64,000 bases of DNA, from assembly GCA_001244265.2 (NCBI GenBank), contig CDLV01000008.1, positions 434,001-498,000 of the forward strand. Reading direction: 5' to 3'. Positions 25,619 to 39,683 of this stretch are shown one piece after another. Numbering within the stretch: the first letter of the stretch is position 1; each line of letters begins with the position of its first letter. The position numbers and the translations under genes are program-made. The notes under the pieces were generated by a model. The model made no database searches. It was not told where the DNA came from and worked only from the letters and a program-made list of their open reading frames with translations. The stretch comes from Microbotryum violaceum (Eukaryota).

Positions 25619-28254
25619 TGCCACCACAGCGCGGTGTGAAAAGACCCCTACTAAGGAAGTGGCCCCTAATCTTGGGGACCTTTTACCATGGTATTTGGGG
25701 CAAGAAGACCCCGATCGCGCTGGGACAGTAGCCCCTCGCACTCCGGCAAGCATGAGCACGACCGAATACTGAAAAGTTGTTTGACAATAACATGATATTT
25801 TCAAAGCATATTTCGGATTTGTATGGATGTGGTACTACTTGGACCGGTCCGAAGCTGATGAGATAAGGCCCACCTGAACAACCTTAAATCGCTGAACTCG
25901 CATACGATCCATGTCCGAGTCTCGGGCAACGTCTTGAAAGCTTGAGGTGGTGGTACAACGAATGTTTACGACAATACTAGATCCAATTGCGGTCCAAAGG
26001 CACAGATAACGAGGATTGGAGTGATGATGATTGACCTAGGGCCGGACAGAGTGGCTCGATGCCCATTCAGGGCCGCCTATTTTGAGTCAGCTCGCTGAGG
26101 TCCCGTTACGCAGTCCGAGTATTCTGAACCCAAGTAAGACTTACCTGATATCAGGGTGACTCGATAACCAGTCCATTGCTCTTGCAATCTCGGCCTCTCT
26201 CCTCGCTTGGATCGCTTCAGGTGTCAGACGAAATCCGGGCGAGTCGATGTCGGCGTTCATCGCGATCGAAGTCGGGAGGGAATCGAGCTCGGCGTATCGA
26301 CTCCGTCGCTCGTCGATCCGCTCAGGTGTCTTGATCCTACTTAAATTTAGAGGAATGTACTGGAAGGGGAGGGACGCGTACGGCGAGGTTGAAGCGCTTG
26401 ACCGCGGCGGCGGAGGACTTGTGAGTTTCAGGCTGGCCGAGCTCAAGCTCGTTGTCGAAGAGGAAGGGGAAGAAGCCGGGTAGCCGGGATTAGAGTCTTG
26501 ACCCAGGTAAGATGACGCAGGGGACGACGGAGTTGAGGCCATGGCAAGTGTAGTCCCGCGGGTTGTGATGAGGGCCAAGGATTCAGAGATAAGAAGGCGT
26601 GGAAGGCGTGGGAAAGAAAAAGGGCATGGGCCGGAGCACACCAGTCCCACTCGCACCTCTTACGATCACCGGAGGGGCTTCGAGGCCTTCGGCGCCGAAT
26701 GCTGAAATAGGCTGACCTCGAGCGCCGTGATTGTCTACGGACCCGACGGTGTTCAGGGCGATCTGTCTTGAATCCTCGACATATTTTTTCGATTCTGGAG
26801 GGCCGCCTCTCCGATACTGCTGCCCCTAGTATATCTTTATATTTTTCGCCCATATACTCGCCCCGCAGGCCCGGAGAAAACGGAACAAATTCCAAAAATT
26901 CACACGGCGCGGCCGTACAGGGATCTGGTACCTGGTTCTGCTAATCAAGATCGGCGGCCGCGCGTGCGCGCCTGGAACATCGTGGAACCTCTTTGCGGCG
27001 GCGCTCGAGCGGTTTGACCACGGAGATCCGTGCTATGGACACATCGTCGTGAAGTTTGTTTTAGGCAAGAATGCTGACTTATAATTATTGGAATATAAGT
27101 ATTATTGAACGACAAAGTGTTAGTGAACGTATGACTGAAGAAGGGGGACCGGTGTGCACAGTAGTCCTATCTACCTACGGCCCTCACAAGCCTCGTTCCC
27201 AGCGATTAGGCATATCCGAGTGTGTAAGGGGTCCCAGTGTGCTCGGCGCGTTTCTGCCCGGGCACACCGGCCCAGCACGGAATGATCATCGCTCTAGCTA
27301 TTTTTCCTTTTTTGACCAAACAAATCGAAGCTTTAAACCCTCGGCAAGACCCCTGACAGCTTCTGAGGGTCAACGAGGCTGGTACAAGGTTCGAAAACGA
27401 AGAATCCCCTTTTGTTCTGATCGAACTCCACTGCAAGTTCGTTAATATGTGACACTCCAACGGCCCCAGGCAAATGAAAAGGGCCCGTGGTCGCCGTGGT
27501 CGTCCCGTGCGCCGAACGCGCTTCTGAAACCGTTGAGCCCCTCAACGTCATCCAGAAATTGGGAATGCAGAGCTGCAGAGCCTTAGCCGCTTTAGAAGCT
27601 TCGCGCCCGAGCTCGCAGGCTTGGCCGTTGACCCTTTGCCATTGAGTGGTGATGAGCCCTCGGTTCACGTGATGGTTCGGTACCAAGCCCCCGTGGATAT
27701 AACGTCGCTTCGCCCAAAGCCGTCTTTTTCACGTGTTTCAACACTCGGGGGTTCCTTGCGGGCTCGGTCGCGGCGCGCTCCGCGCCCGCGTCGACAGGGC
27801 CGTAGTACTAGCACCTGATCACCTCCGCTGTGAAAGATTCCGTGGTGATGAACTGCAAGCAGTCAGGGTGAGCGATTCGGTGTTTTAAGTCGAACATCGT
27901 GTTTCACGCTCGTGCCTCTCAGCGTAGTTCTGCCTCTGCAAACTACATGATGAATGCGCGTCGACTCGGACTCGGAGCTGGCCTTGAATATTGGGGTCCG
28001 CGATGATTGTGACGCACACTAAATCCACAAAGACATGGCTATAAGCATGAAAACATGAAATCACACACGGTCACACGCACTGCGTTGACTCTGTTGCCAC
28101 CCGTCCGAGACCCGCCAGATGAGGTCCGAGCGCGACTGGAGCTTCGCAGGGGACAAATCGACTCCACACCGGTGCGCGGCGCTCGGTCGCCTTGCTACAG
28201 CGCCCGTTGGAGTTCACCCCTGGGCACAGCGCGACACGAAGCAACTCGAGCAGG

Positions 28255-31224
28255 ATGTCATCCTCCGCATACAAATTCTCCAACTTGTGCGGGACGATCT
28301 ACTCCAAGGGCAACGTCGTGTACACGCCCGATGGCAACTCGGTTATTTCGCCCGTCGGTAACCGCGTTTCCGTGTTTGATCTGGTCAAGTGAGTGCGCTG
28401 CCTACGGTGTACAAGTGTTCTGAGATCATTCCGCTCACACCACCACCTCACGCATGAACAGCAACAAGTCGAGGACGCTCTCGTTCGAGAATCGCAAGAA
28501 CATTGCCCGGATCGCGCTCAGCCCGGATGCGACTGTATTGCTCAGCATCGATGAAGGCTAGTCATGGCTTAAAGCATCCATCTCACCTCGGGACTCGACT
28601 GACTCGGTCTGTTCTACATTGGTAGATGGGCGTGCTCTGCTCGTCAACTTCAAACGCTCGACGGTCCTGCACCATTTCAACTTTAAAAAGCCCGTACGCG
28701 ACGTGCAGTTCTCGCCCGATGGAAAGTGAGTATGATCGCAAGCATGTGTCTATTTGAAAATTTTGGGAACTGATCTTGATTCTCGCATTTTGGCAGATTC
28801 ATCGCCGCGACGCATGGGTCCCAGGTTCAGGTTTGGCACACACCGTCTCATCTCGCTCGAGAGTTTGCCCCCTTCAATCTCCACCGCGTCTATACCGGCC
28901 ATTATGACGACGTCTTGTCCATCACGTGGAGTTCAGACTCGAGGTGAGCCATCATCGTCGTGTTGAAGTAATGCGCGAACACTGACTTTCTGTGCAACGA
29001 TTTGGGCAGGTTCTTCCTCACCACCTCAAAGGACATGACCGGTCGTCTGTTCACCTTGTATCCCGTTGAAGGCTACCGGCCCAAGACATTCGCTGGTCAC
29101 CGCGATGCCGTACTCGCGGCCTACTTTTCTGCCGACCACAAGACCATCTACACCGTGTCTCGGGACGGCGCCGTCTTCACATGGAGCGCGAAAGAGTCGG
29201 AAGAAGAGTCGGACAAGGAAGACGAAGAACTGCACGACGGACCTAGAATGATCGCTGCAAACGCCCACGCTTCGACCTCGACTTCAGTGATGGGTGTTGA
29301 CAACACGATCGCCACCACCCGATGGGGACTCAAAGATCGCCACTACTTTATGCAAACGGGGACCAAGGTCACCTCGACGACATTTCACTCTCCTTCGAGC
29401 TTGCTTATTGTCGGCTTTTCGAACGGTGTCTTTGGGCTATGGGAAATGCCTCACTTCACTTCGGTACATACGCTTTCGGTGTCGCAAGAGAAGATCACTT
29501 CGGTCGCTGTGAATGCCACGGGCGAGTGGCTTGCTTTTGGCGCGAGCAAGCTCGGCCAATTGCTGGTATGGGAATGGCAGTCCGAGTCGTACGTGCTCAA
29601 GCAACAAGGCCATTACTTTGACATGAACACATTGTCCTTCTCCCCCGATGCGCAAACGGTGGCGACGGGTGGCGACGATGGCAAGGTCAAGCTGTGGAAT
29701 GCGACGAGTGGGTTCTGCTTCGTCACCTTCTCCGATCATTCGTCGTCAGTCTCGGCGGTAGAGTTCGCCAAACAAGGTCAAGTCGTCTTTTCCGCCTCGC
29801 TTGACGGTACCGTCCGAGCCTACGATCTGATCCGATATCGTAACTTCCGGACATTCACCACACCTTCTCCTGTACAATTCAACTCGCTGGCTGTCGATCC
29901 ATCCGGTGAAGTAGTTTGTGCCGGAGGGACGGGCGACGGTTTCGAGATCTACATGTGGTCGACGCAAACCGGCAAACTGGTTGACGTCCTTGCGGGACAC
30001 GAAGGTCCTGTCTCGGCCTTATCCTATTCACCTCTCGGAGATCGACTCGTCTCGGCCTCGTGGGACAAGTCGATCCGAGTATGGGACGTGTACGGAAGAA
30101 GTTCCGCCGTCGAACCGTTTGCCTTGAAAGCCGATGCTTTGGCATTAGCCTTCCGACCCGATGGGCTGGAAGTGGCCGTCTCGACTTTGGACGGCCAGAT
30201 CGTCTTCTGGGATGTGCGCAACGCTTTGCAACGCACGTTGATTGAAGGGCGCAAGGACATTGCGGGGGGAAGGAAGGTTGACGATCGAGTTACCGCGGTC
30301 AATAACGCGTCAGGCAAAGCTTTCACTTCACTTTCTTACACGGCTGATGGAGCATGCTTACTCGCGGGAGGTAACTCGAAGCATGTCTGCTTGTACGATG
30401 CGCGCGACGGTGTGCTCTTGAAGCGGTTCGAGATTTCGCAAAACCTTTCCTTGGACGGGACGCAAGAATTCCTCGATTCGCGCAATTTGACCGAAGCCGG
30501 ACCGAGGGAGGCGATGGATGATCGAGGCGAGAACTCGGATCTTGAAGATCGCCTCGACAAAACATTACCGGGTGCTCGAGCGGGCGATATGTCGAAACGC
30601 AAGTACCGACCTGAAGCGAGGACGAAATGCGTTCGCTTTTCACCGACGGGAAGAAGTTGGGCCGCGGCGTCGACGGAAGGGTTGTTGGTGTATTCGTTGG
30701 ACGATACGATATCGTTCGATCCTTTCGAATTGGATATCGACATCACACCCGAGACAATCAACGATACGTTGAGATCGGATAGGAATTTCCTCAAGGCGCT
30801 GATCATGGCTTTGCGATTGAACGAACCGGGTCCACTTCGTACGGTGTACGAAGCGATTCCTCCTAATGAGATTTTGTTATTGGCGACACAACTCCCTCCG
30901 CATCATGTAGAGAAGACGCTTGCCTTGATCGCTCGTCAGATGAGCGAGACGCCGCATGTCGAGTACCACTTGCTGTGGGTCAACGGTATGTTTGATGCCC
31001 ATGGGAGATCACTGCAGGCCGGTGCGGGAGCACACGCAGCGACGTTCCGAGCACTCCAAAAGGGCTTGCTGGACGTCCAGGACAACGTCGTGAAGAGCGT
31101 GGAGGAGAATCGCTACACTTTGGCGTACTATCTGGACCAGCTCGAGCGGAGAAGGAAGGAGGAGATGGAAGAGGAAGAGGGAGGAGACATCGGCGAGTAC
31201 GCGACGAGGATGATCGAGGTGTGA
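28255..31224 (+). CDS. PWP2: Periodic tryptophan protein 2 (Utp1), SSU processome WD40 protein, multi-exon
   Basis: YKFSNLCGTIYSKGN, LGQLLVWEWQSESYVLKQQGH, AYDLIRYRNFRTFT and AAASTEGLLVYSLD. Confidence 0.97.
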
Positions 31225-31342
31225 TCAAGTGTTGCTACTATTGCCATGATACTTTGTGAGGAGATTTCAAGATTACAGGAGACGTCTTAAAGAGTAAAAG
31301 TTGGCTAAAACACACAGCAAGGCTTCAATTCGAGATCAAGAA

Positions 31343-34152
31343 TTATGGGTATACGGCCTGAGTTTGGAGCAATTTCAGCTCTCTGTATGACGCACGCAAT
31401 CATGGGCACCAGTCGGCAGAACTCACATCAATTTCCTTCTTGTAGTGCTCGACGATGGGCTTGCGTTGCAACTTCTGCGCAGCCGTAAGCATTCCATTCT
31501 GCGCCGTCCACTCCATTGAGTCGAGCACGATCGTCGACAACAACTCGAGTTGCTTCAGCCCGGCCTTCTTGCCAACGGTGACCAGGTCGTTCAACACGGC
31601 CTTCTTGACTTGTTCGTTGTGAGCGATCGCGGTAAATTCATCCTCTACGTCAATGCCCTGTTGCTTGACGAGAGCCTTAAGGTTCGCCTCGTGACCGTAA
31701 ACGATCGCCATGGGTCGACTCGCGTTCGCATCACCGTATACGACGATGTTGGATACGTACTGCGAGCTCTTGTAGATCGACTCGAGCCGTTCGAGCGCAA
31801 TGTATTCACCTCCCGAAAGCTTAACCAAGTTCTTCTTTCGGTCGATGAGCGACAACGTGCCGTCCGGGTTCCATTGGCCAATGTCACCGGTGTGCATCCA
31901 GCCGTCCTCGTCGATCGTCCTCTTCGTCTCTTCCTCGTTCTTGTAGTAGCCTTTTGTGATCGAAGGCCCTCGAACGCAGATCTCACCCTGGGGAGGTTCG
32001 TTCGTCGCCGAGTAACTCGCCTCTTCGACGTCGACCAACTTGATCTCGACTGAAGGCACGGGCACACCCACGGTGCCGTAGCGGTGAAGTTCAGGAGGTA
32101 GAAGCGCAGCCATGGCCGTCGATTCGGTCATGCCGTAACCTGCGGGATAGGTCAGATTTTAGCAGACTGAGATTCGCGTCCACAAATGAAAAAGTCAAGC
32201 CTACCTTGGATCATTAACACCAAAGCGATCGACAAGAACTCTTGCGTCTCCTTGGAAATGGGTGCTCCACCACTCATCGCGTATTTAAGCTTTCCACCCG
32301 TCCCAGCCGCCACGGCCTTGAACACCACCGCATCGGCGATCGAACCGAGGAAACTACCGATTCCAGCAGCCTTCTTGAGTGCCACAGCGGCCCAGAATAG
32401 GTTCGACTTGATCATCCCCGAGCCATTAACCTTGGCTACGATACCCTTCCTGATCAATTCCCATACTGCCGGGACGCCGACCATAATCGTGGGTTGTAGC
32501 GTTCGGATGTCACCGGCGCAATTGCGCACCGACGCATCCGTGAGCGTCTTGACGGTGGCGTACCCGACTCGAGCACCGACGGCGAACAGACTGAGCTCGA
32601 CTGCCAGCTCCATGATGTGCGCCAAGGGGAGGTACCCAATGTAGGTTTCACCGTGCTTGATGACGTGGGGCAGCAAGAATTCCACGGCGCCGATGCAGGC
32701 GATGATGTTGGTGTGGGTGATCTGCACACCCTTGGGGGCACCCGTCGATCCAGATGTGTACATGATGCACGCGATATCGTCTCCCTTTCCGGGGTTGAAG
32801 TCGCTGCGAGATGGTGGAGACGGCGAAGATTCAGGTGTAGGCCCGAGAATGCAGACCACCGGCCTGAGGTGGACTTACCAAGGGTTCTTCTTGCCCATTT
32901 CGATAAAGTCGTCAAACTTGTGGACCTTGAGCCCGGCCGTTTCCAGGGTCTCGACAGCCCCCTTCTTGACGTCCTTGTCCTCGCCGTCGTAGATCACGAC
33001 CTTGAGCGAAGGGGTCTGGGAAACGACCTTGGCGATCGTGTCGAGCAAGTTGGCGTTGGTGAAAATGCCGTACACCTCGGGTTGGTTAATGGAGTGGGCA
33101 AGCTGTCGGTCCAAGTCGGTAATCTATCAGCTAAGGAGAGCGTAGACCGGGAACGTTCTCAGTCAAGAGCTCGACTCACACCCTCCTCTCCCAACGAGTC
33201 GTACGCTGTCGCAAAGGTGATGCTTTGAGATGCGCAAGCTAGAACCGGCAAAATTACTCATCAGCTGCTCTGTCCAGATCAAACACGGAAGAATCGGGTC
33301 GACGCACCATTCGCCATGACTTGCCACCTTCGACTCGTTGCGCTGTAGATGTTGAAGATGGTGTCCTTAGAGTGGCCGGTGTGCACGAGCGCTTGTCCGG
33401 CGTACTTGATGTACTCTGCGAGCTCCGAGTAGGTCCACCATTTGTAGTCGGAAAGGTGCCAGTAGCTCCACGTTTTCTTCTCGGTCACTCCTTTGCCTCC
33501 GACCTACGGTGAGACTTTGAGACGTTAGGACTACGACAAATATTCATCGAAGGAATTTAACGGAGCAAGCCCTCACTGTCTTCTTGACTTCCTTCTCCTC
33601 GTTGATCATGTCGATCGTGTCACGCCATCCCATCGCCTGGTCATTGGGGTACTTTTCTGCAGCATGACTGATACTGATGGAGTCGTATGTTGAGGAGCGT
33701 CAGCGATCTCACCCGCCGGAAAAGTCAGGAAGGTCTCCTGCGCCGGCCTTCGATGATGTATGCGTGCGTGCACGAGGCCGAGGCTCGAAGCGCAGGGAAG
33801 CTCATGTGGCGCGCAGGCCTAAACCTGATCTGCCTGATCGACCGCTCCGATAGGGCAGAGTACCTGCCGCGTACTCACATATCGGAAAGACATCTGATCT
33901 TCTCCGGTGCTTGTACGAGCGCATCGGCGGACTTGTAGTACCTCCTCGCTCGACCTTCGCCCTTCTTGGCAGGAGGGCCGACCTGAGCAAAATGCAGAAA
34001 GAGAGAGAGCAGCGATGATCGAACCGAGCAGCCGGGAGCAGTTTGGTAGGGAAATGCGATCGCGTGGTGGACAGAAGGGACGAGGTGAGCTCAAGACTCG
34101 TGCGTGACTTGGGATAATGCGTACTGACCTCGACCGAGGCTACGGGTGCCAT
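31343..34152 (-). CDS. Long-chain fatty acyl-CoA synthetase (Faa1/Faa4-like), multi-exon
   Basis: IMYTSGSTGAPKGV, YLPLAHIME, GYGMTES, HTGDIG, IDRKKNLVKLSGGEYIALE; ends AVYP*. Confidence 0.95.
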
Positions 34153-34774
34153 TGCTGAGGGTCTGTGGGTCTGTGGGGCTCTGGGTGGAGGCTGGACTGG
34201 ACTGGGTGCGATCTCGACCCGGTGATGACGACGTCGACGGCGGGGGAGGGTGACAATCCAGCGGGGTGAAATGTCCAGGGAGATTGAGGTGGGTAGCGCA
34301 GATGAGTGCTTGTGGAACAGATGATCTGAAGAAGCGCCGTCAGACTTACCTCGGAGATTTTACGAGCCAAGAAGGTAAGGTATGAGGCAGCTCAGCATCT
34401 GGCTGGCAGTGTCGACCGGCGATCGGCTCGAGGCACTCGATCGAACCCAATCGGATGGCATCAGACATAGAGCAAGCCCCATTCGCGACGAGATCCAATC
34501 TCAAAAACACTCAACAGCAGTCAGAATGGTTTCTCTGTCAATTTTCGCGGGAGAACATAAAACTTCTACAAGAGCCAAGACGAGAACGAAGAGAGGATGG
34601 AAAAGAGTCGGCAAGAAAGAAGATGAGGGAGAGAGGTGGAAGTGACCCGAAAGAAATCAAGTCAATAGAAGCAAGATGACCGTCGTAACCACAAAAGGAG
34701 GAATCAGTTGCAGAATCGTATACCTATATCGCATGTCCAAAACACAGAGAAGAGACAAGGCCTTTTCACAGGCC

Positions 34775-37700
34775 TCAGATCATCGACCTCACCCCACTCG
34801 CACTTCGCCCAACCTCGGTCACACCCGAGACGGCACAGACCGTGCCCGAATACCTCGCGTGATATCGACTGCCCGTGAATGGGTCCTCGACCGCGGCGTC
34901 GTTGGCGTAGATCGGTGTCAAAGAAGCGGGACACACGTCGAATTGAGCATGCAGGTCGTACGCGATCTCGATCGCATCTCGCGGGCTCTTGTTCGCCGTC
35001 GAGAGCACATTCTTGGCCTGCGTCGCCACCGTAGCCGCAGGCTGCAGGTCGAGCAGCTTCTGGGCGAACGTTGCCGCGGTCGGGTAGTTCTTGGCCTTGA
35101 CAAATGTCGCCATTGCCAAACGCAACGCGAGCAGGAGATGTGCTGGCTGGAGTCGGCAGTGCGTGAAGTAGGCGGCCAATTCGAGTTGCCGCTTCGTGTT
35201 CTCTGGCGAGGGGCCGAGCTTCTCGACGCGTCGTCGCTCGATCTCGAGCGCAAGACCGACGAGATATTCGCGGCAGATGACAACAAGTTCTTGCAGCTCC
35301 GCCGCCTCGCCTGGTGTTGATGTCACGACGAAAAGCAACGAGTGCAAGATCGAGCGGAATGCCGCCGCGGACTCGGGGAACTTGGCCTTTTGGAATAGGA
35401 GGTACGCGTTGCGCAACTCGCCCGAGGTGATGCTTTGCAGCGTCAGCGTCGCCGCGGGAAGGACCGAACGAGGCTCGGCGTTGTCAAGGTTTCGTCGCAA
35501 CGGGATCTGCAACGGCGGCAATGACGGCGCTGACGGCAAGTACAGCCTCGAGGATTGGAACAGCGACAAGAACAGCGGCTTGAGCGGCGCAAAGTGAACG
35601 GCGCCAACCTGTCGGTTGAGCAAGCCCATCGCCGTCTCGAACGAACCGGCAGCGACATGGTCGGCCGCAAGGGGCGAGTTGCGCACCCACAGCTCGTCCT
35701 CGGGGATGCCGGGTACAAGTGGTCCAGCCGAGTCGTCGTCGGCGCCACCTGCGGGTGTGAGAACACCCGAGCCGCCCAAAAGGTCCTCGTCTCCGATTAC
35801 GCCATCGTCATCACCGTCCGCGCCATCGAGATCCCATGCTTCTGCTGCTTCCTCGGCCGCAACTCCATCGGTGGCCATGGGTTCAGGCTCGATCTCACCC
35901 GCAGCCCACGAGTCAAGGCCGCGATCACCCGCATCGCCCTCGTAATCGACCGCCGAAGGCTCGCCGTTCGCGGCGGCGGCGAGAGCGCGATCAAAGAAGC
36001 TCTCGGTGACGCCAACCGAAGGCCAGTTGTGCTCGAACGTCGGCACAATGACCGGCGGGGGGCGCAATGTCGAGCGCTTGATCGGTGGGACGACACCGGC
36101 CACATCCTCCTCGGTCAGGCCGGCGGCTGTCAGGACCTCTTGCGCGAGCTCCTCAAGTCCGTTCGTCTTGGCCGTCATGTACGCCAGGGGAAAGAGGCCG
36201 ACTTCGCGGAGAATGGCGATTCGAGCCTCGACGTTGCCGAGGTACAGCGCGTTGTGGAAGCGCGACATTTGGTCGCCACGCATCTCGGCGATCTTGGACA
36301 TCTTGCTGAGTTTCTCGGGGTGGCCCGTGATGAGGTAAAGGAACGACAAGCGATCGAAGTTTTTGGTGCGCTGGTAAGCAATCTCGACGATCTGAGCGAA
36401 CATATGAAGGAGGTAAGGTCAGCATCGACCGCCCTGCAATGATCAGCTTGCAAGCCCACGACAACATACCTTGTGGTGACCCTGCTTGAGTGCTTGTTGG
36501 CCCAACCTGGCCCAAATCTCCTCCCGTTCGAGGGCCTTGGCCATCTCAAGCGCGACGTCGAGGTTGCCGCATTCGATCGCCAAGTCGACCCGTGTCGTCT
36601 TGTCCTGCACAAAGTGCAAGGCGATCTCGGGGAAGCCTTTCTTCTGCAGGTATGCGATGATGCTCTGGCCGACAAGGTTCGACGTGCGGATGATGTGCAG
36701 CACCTCGTCGTAGTTCTTCCTCATCAGCGCGAGCTTGAAGCGGTACTCGGTCGGGTCGATCACGATCGCCCTCGGCTTGGCGTTCCGGTCGAGGCAGTGC
36801 ACGACCTTGCCCTTGACGTGCGTCAAGTAGACGGGTTGTTCCAAGGTCTTGATGATGCCGTTGTCCCCTTGCGGAAGGGCGTACTTGATGTGGTTCAAGG
36901 TCGAGTAAATGAAGATGCCCGAATCGTCCCAGGCACCGGACTTGATGCGGATCGTCTCGTGGACCATCGCCGACTGGCCGAGCGTCTTGTTGGCGATCAT
37001 GATCGTGTGCTTGGACAGGAGTGCGACCATCGTGTTGTCGTTGGACCACACGACGTACTTGACGAGAGGCGTCGCGAGCTCGGCGATGATCTTTTGCTGT
37101 TGGATGTCGAAGAGGACGACGCTGGCTGGGCACGAGAGCAACAACGAGGCCGTTCCTCCAAAGAAGATGTCGTTCGTTTGCACGGGACACTTGATCGTCT
37201 TTGTGATCGAGTTCTCGAGGTCGCGGATCTCGATCGTCTGCGCCGTCTTGTCGAGCACGGCGAGGCGATTGCGAGCTACGAATAACGCCGACGAACCCGT
37301 ACCTCGGCGACCTTCGGAAGCCGAGTCGCGCACTTCACCCGACCCCACATCCTTGGGCAAGTGCACGAGCTCGTAGAGCCCATTGTCGGCAGGACTGGTG
37401 ACGATCACCGCTCGCTCGGCGGGGTTGTAGCTCAGCGTGCGCGGTTGCACGAACTGACTGCCGAGGCGTCGAACGCTGATGACACTGGCATCGGACCCGG
37501 TGGTGAAGTCATGCGCTCGCACGAACTTGTCGCGAACGTAGAACAAGGTGTTGCCGTGCACGCTGAACGCCGGTCGCTCACGGTCGAGCTTGAAGACGAT
37601 CAAACCCGAATCGTGACCGGCGGCGAACAGGTTCAACTCGGGGTGGGCCGTCAGGACCCAGAAGCGATCGTTCTCGCGGCGGAAGGTCTGCACCGCCGTG

Positions 37701-39154
37701 CGCTTGCTCAAGTCCCAAACGCGGATGGTCTTGTCTTCCGAGTCGGAGATGATGAGCTCGTGCTTGGGGTGGAAGAGCGCGACCGAGACGTTGTTGAAGT
37801 GACCACGGCACGTGTCGACCTCCCACGCTTTGGTATCGCTCATTCGCCACAGCTTGATCTGACGATCGTCACCGCACGAAACGATGAGGGGCATTGTGGG
37901 GTGAAAGGTGGCCCAGTTGACACCTCGATCGTGGCCTTCGAGCACGTACTTGACGACAGCGTCGGTGTTGCCGAATAAGTCGGCCTGGCCCGAGTTGGCG
38001 CGCTGGATCTGTTCCTCGAACGAGAGAGGCTGTGCGGTCGTGTTCTTCTTGCGCAGACCTGTAGTTCGCGCAGACGTAGCTCAGATTAATGAGCTTGATC
38101 GCATTACTCAGCGCCTGAGAAGCACCTACCCGAGATATCCCAGACTCGAACAGTTTGATCCATCGAGGCCGAGACGACATAATCCTCCTTGGGGTGGAAT
38201 TGAGCGCACCTGGAGGAAACGTGCCGAAGGGGATAGAGTCAGTAGTTTGCAAGTGGAATTTTTGCCCCGGAAGAGTGCCGAGCGCTTACATGATGTAGTG
38301 GTTGTGGCCGGTCAAGATGGCGATGCATTGACGCGATTGCCAGTTCCAGATGCGAATCGTCTGATCGTCCGAGGCCGAGAGGATCCACGGGTGTTCGTGA
38401 TGGAAGTAGACGGAGCGAACATAGTCCAAGTGGCCGTGCAGGGTAAAGAGACACCGACGGGTCTTGTAGCTGTAGGCGACGGGTGAGGAGGTGATCAGCC
38501 AGGCGGAAGCAGCGCCGGCAGTGCACTACAGTCCGAGACTTACTTCCAGACCTTGATTTTGTAGTCGTCACCTCCCGAGCAGAACAGCGGCTGAGTCGAA
38601 TGGAACGAGATGCCTCGTACTGGTCCTGTTGGAGGTGAGGTGTATTCCGGGGCGTGGGAGGAGGGGGGGAACGAGCCAGAGCCCGCGCGAGACGGGGGGG
38701 AGGGGGCGACAGGTAGACAAAAAAGCAAGGTCAAGCAGGTCAGCCTTCGGTTCGACTAGGAACGAAACAAGGACTAGTGTTCCCAGAGATTCAACCATCT
38801 CGTCGTGGTTCGAGATATGTGGAGGTTTGGCTGAGGAGGTGTGCGCCCAGCAAGGACACGCGTGTTGGAACGCGAGAGCTCCGAGCGTCGAATCGCTTGT
38901 CGGCGTGAACGGTTTGAAAGGAGAACTGACCGTCGTGCTCCTCGAACCTGTCTACGAGCACGCCCATCTGGAAGTTCCATAGCTGGATCGAGCCCGAATG
39001 GAGGGAGGCGGCCAAAAGCGTGAGCCGGGGGTGGAACGCGATGCCCTTGACTCTGTTGGACTTGGACTCGAACTGCGGCACCAAGCAGAGATAGGGTTAG
39101 GACCAGTTCCCATGGACAAAGGTTCTCATGGCTGACCTTTGTGAGCATCTGCAT
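34775..39154 (-). CDS. COP1: Coatomer subunit alpha (alpha-COP), multi-exon
   Basis: [59 protein letters not shown] and [14 protein letters not shown]. Confidence 0.98.
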
Positions 39155-39683
39155 GCTGGGCGAGCTCTAAGTGCGACGTGGGCGTGAACGTAGGCGTGGA
39201 CGTGGACGTGGACGTGGACGGGTGTCGGTGTGACCAACGGCTGGCTGCGACTTTGACGACGTGGCTTGGGCCAGGGGCGGCGCGAACTACAAGCAGACGC
39301 CTGAGCAGTACAGCGGGTTGAGAGCAGTCGGCACTTATCGACGGACCTAGTCGAACCTGGAGAGGTGGTCGAGTGGTGAGTGGGGGAAGGGGGGGAGAGG
39401 AGGGTGCAGGGAGGGGGTTCCAGTAGTGGTGACAGCGTGGTGGGGATCAATGAGGTCTAGTGCAGGCTGGCCTCACGCTGCCTCACGCAGGCCATTTGAG
39501 TGAGCTCGGACCTCTTCTTGATGGGAAAGCGCGTGAGCCACCAGGCGCCCGCACCGCGCTCGCACACACCTTGTACGACCGACCACACACACTCGGGCAC
39601 ACGCATCCCGCTACACCAACACTTACGCACCCGCCCACGCATATTTCATTGGCCCCCCATTCACTACAGCTTACATCGCCATC

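Noticed and set aside
27845..27960. Box C/D snoRNA (two RTGATGA motifs)
   Set aside because: No suitably placed CTGA D box or terminal stem.
35555..37978. Long plus-strand ORFs opposite alpha-COP (similar cases opposite NMD3 and NUP188)
   Set aside because: Antisense shadows of GC3-rich coding sequence with no recognisable motifs.
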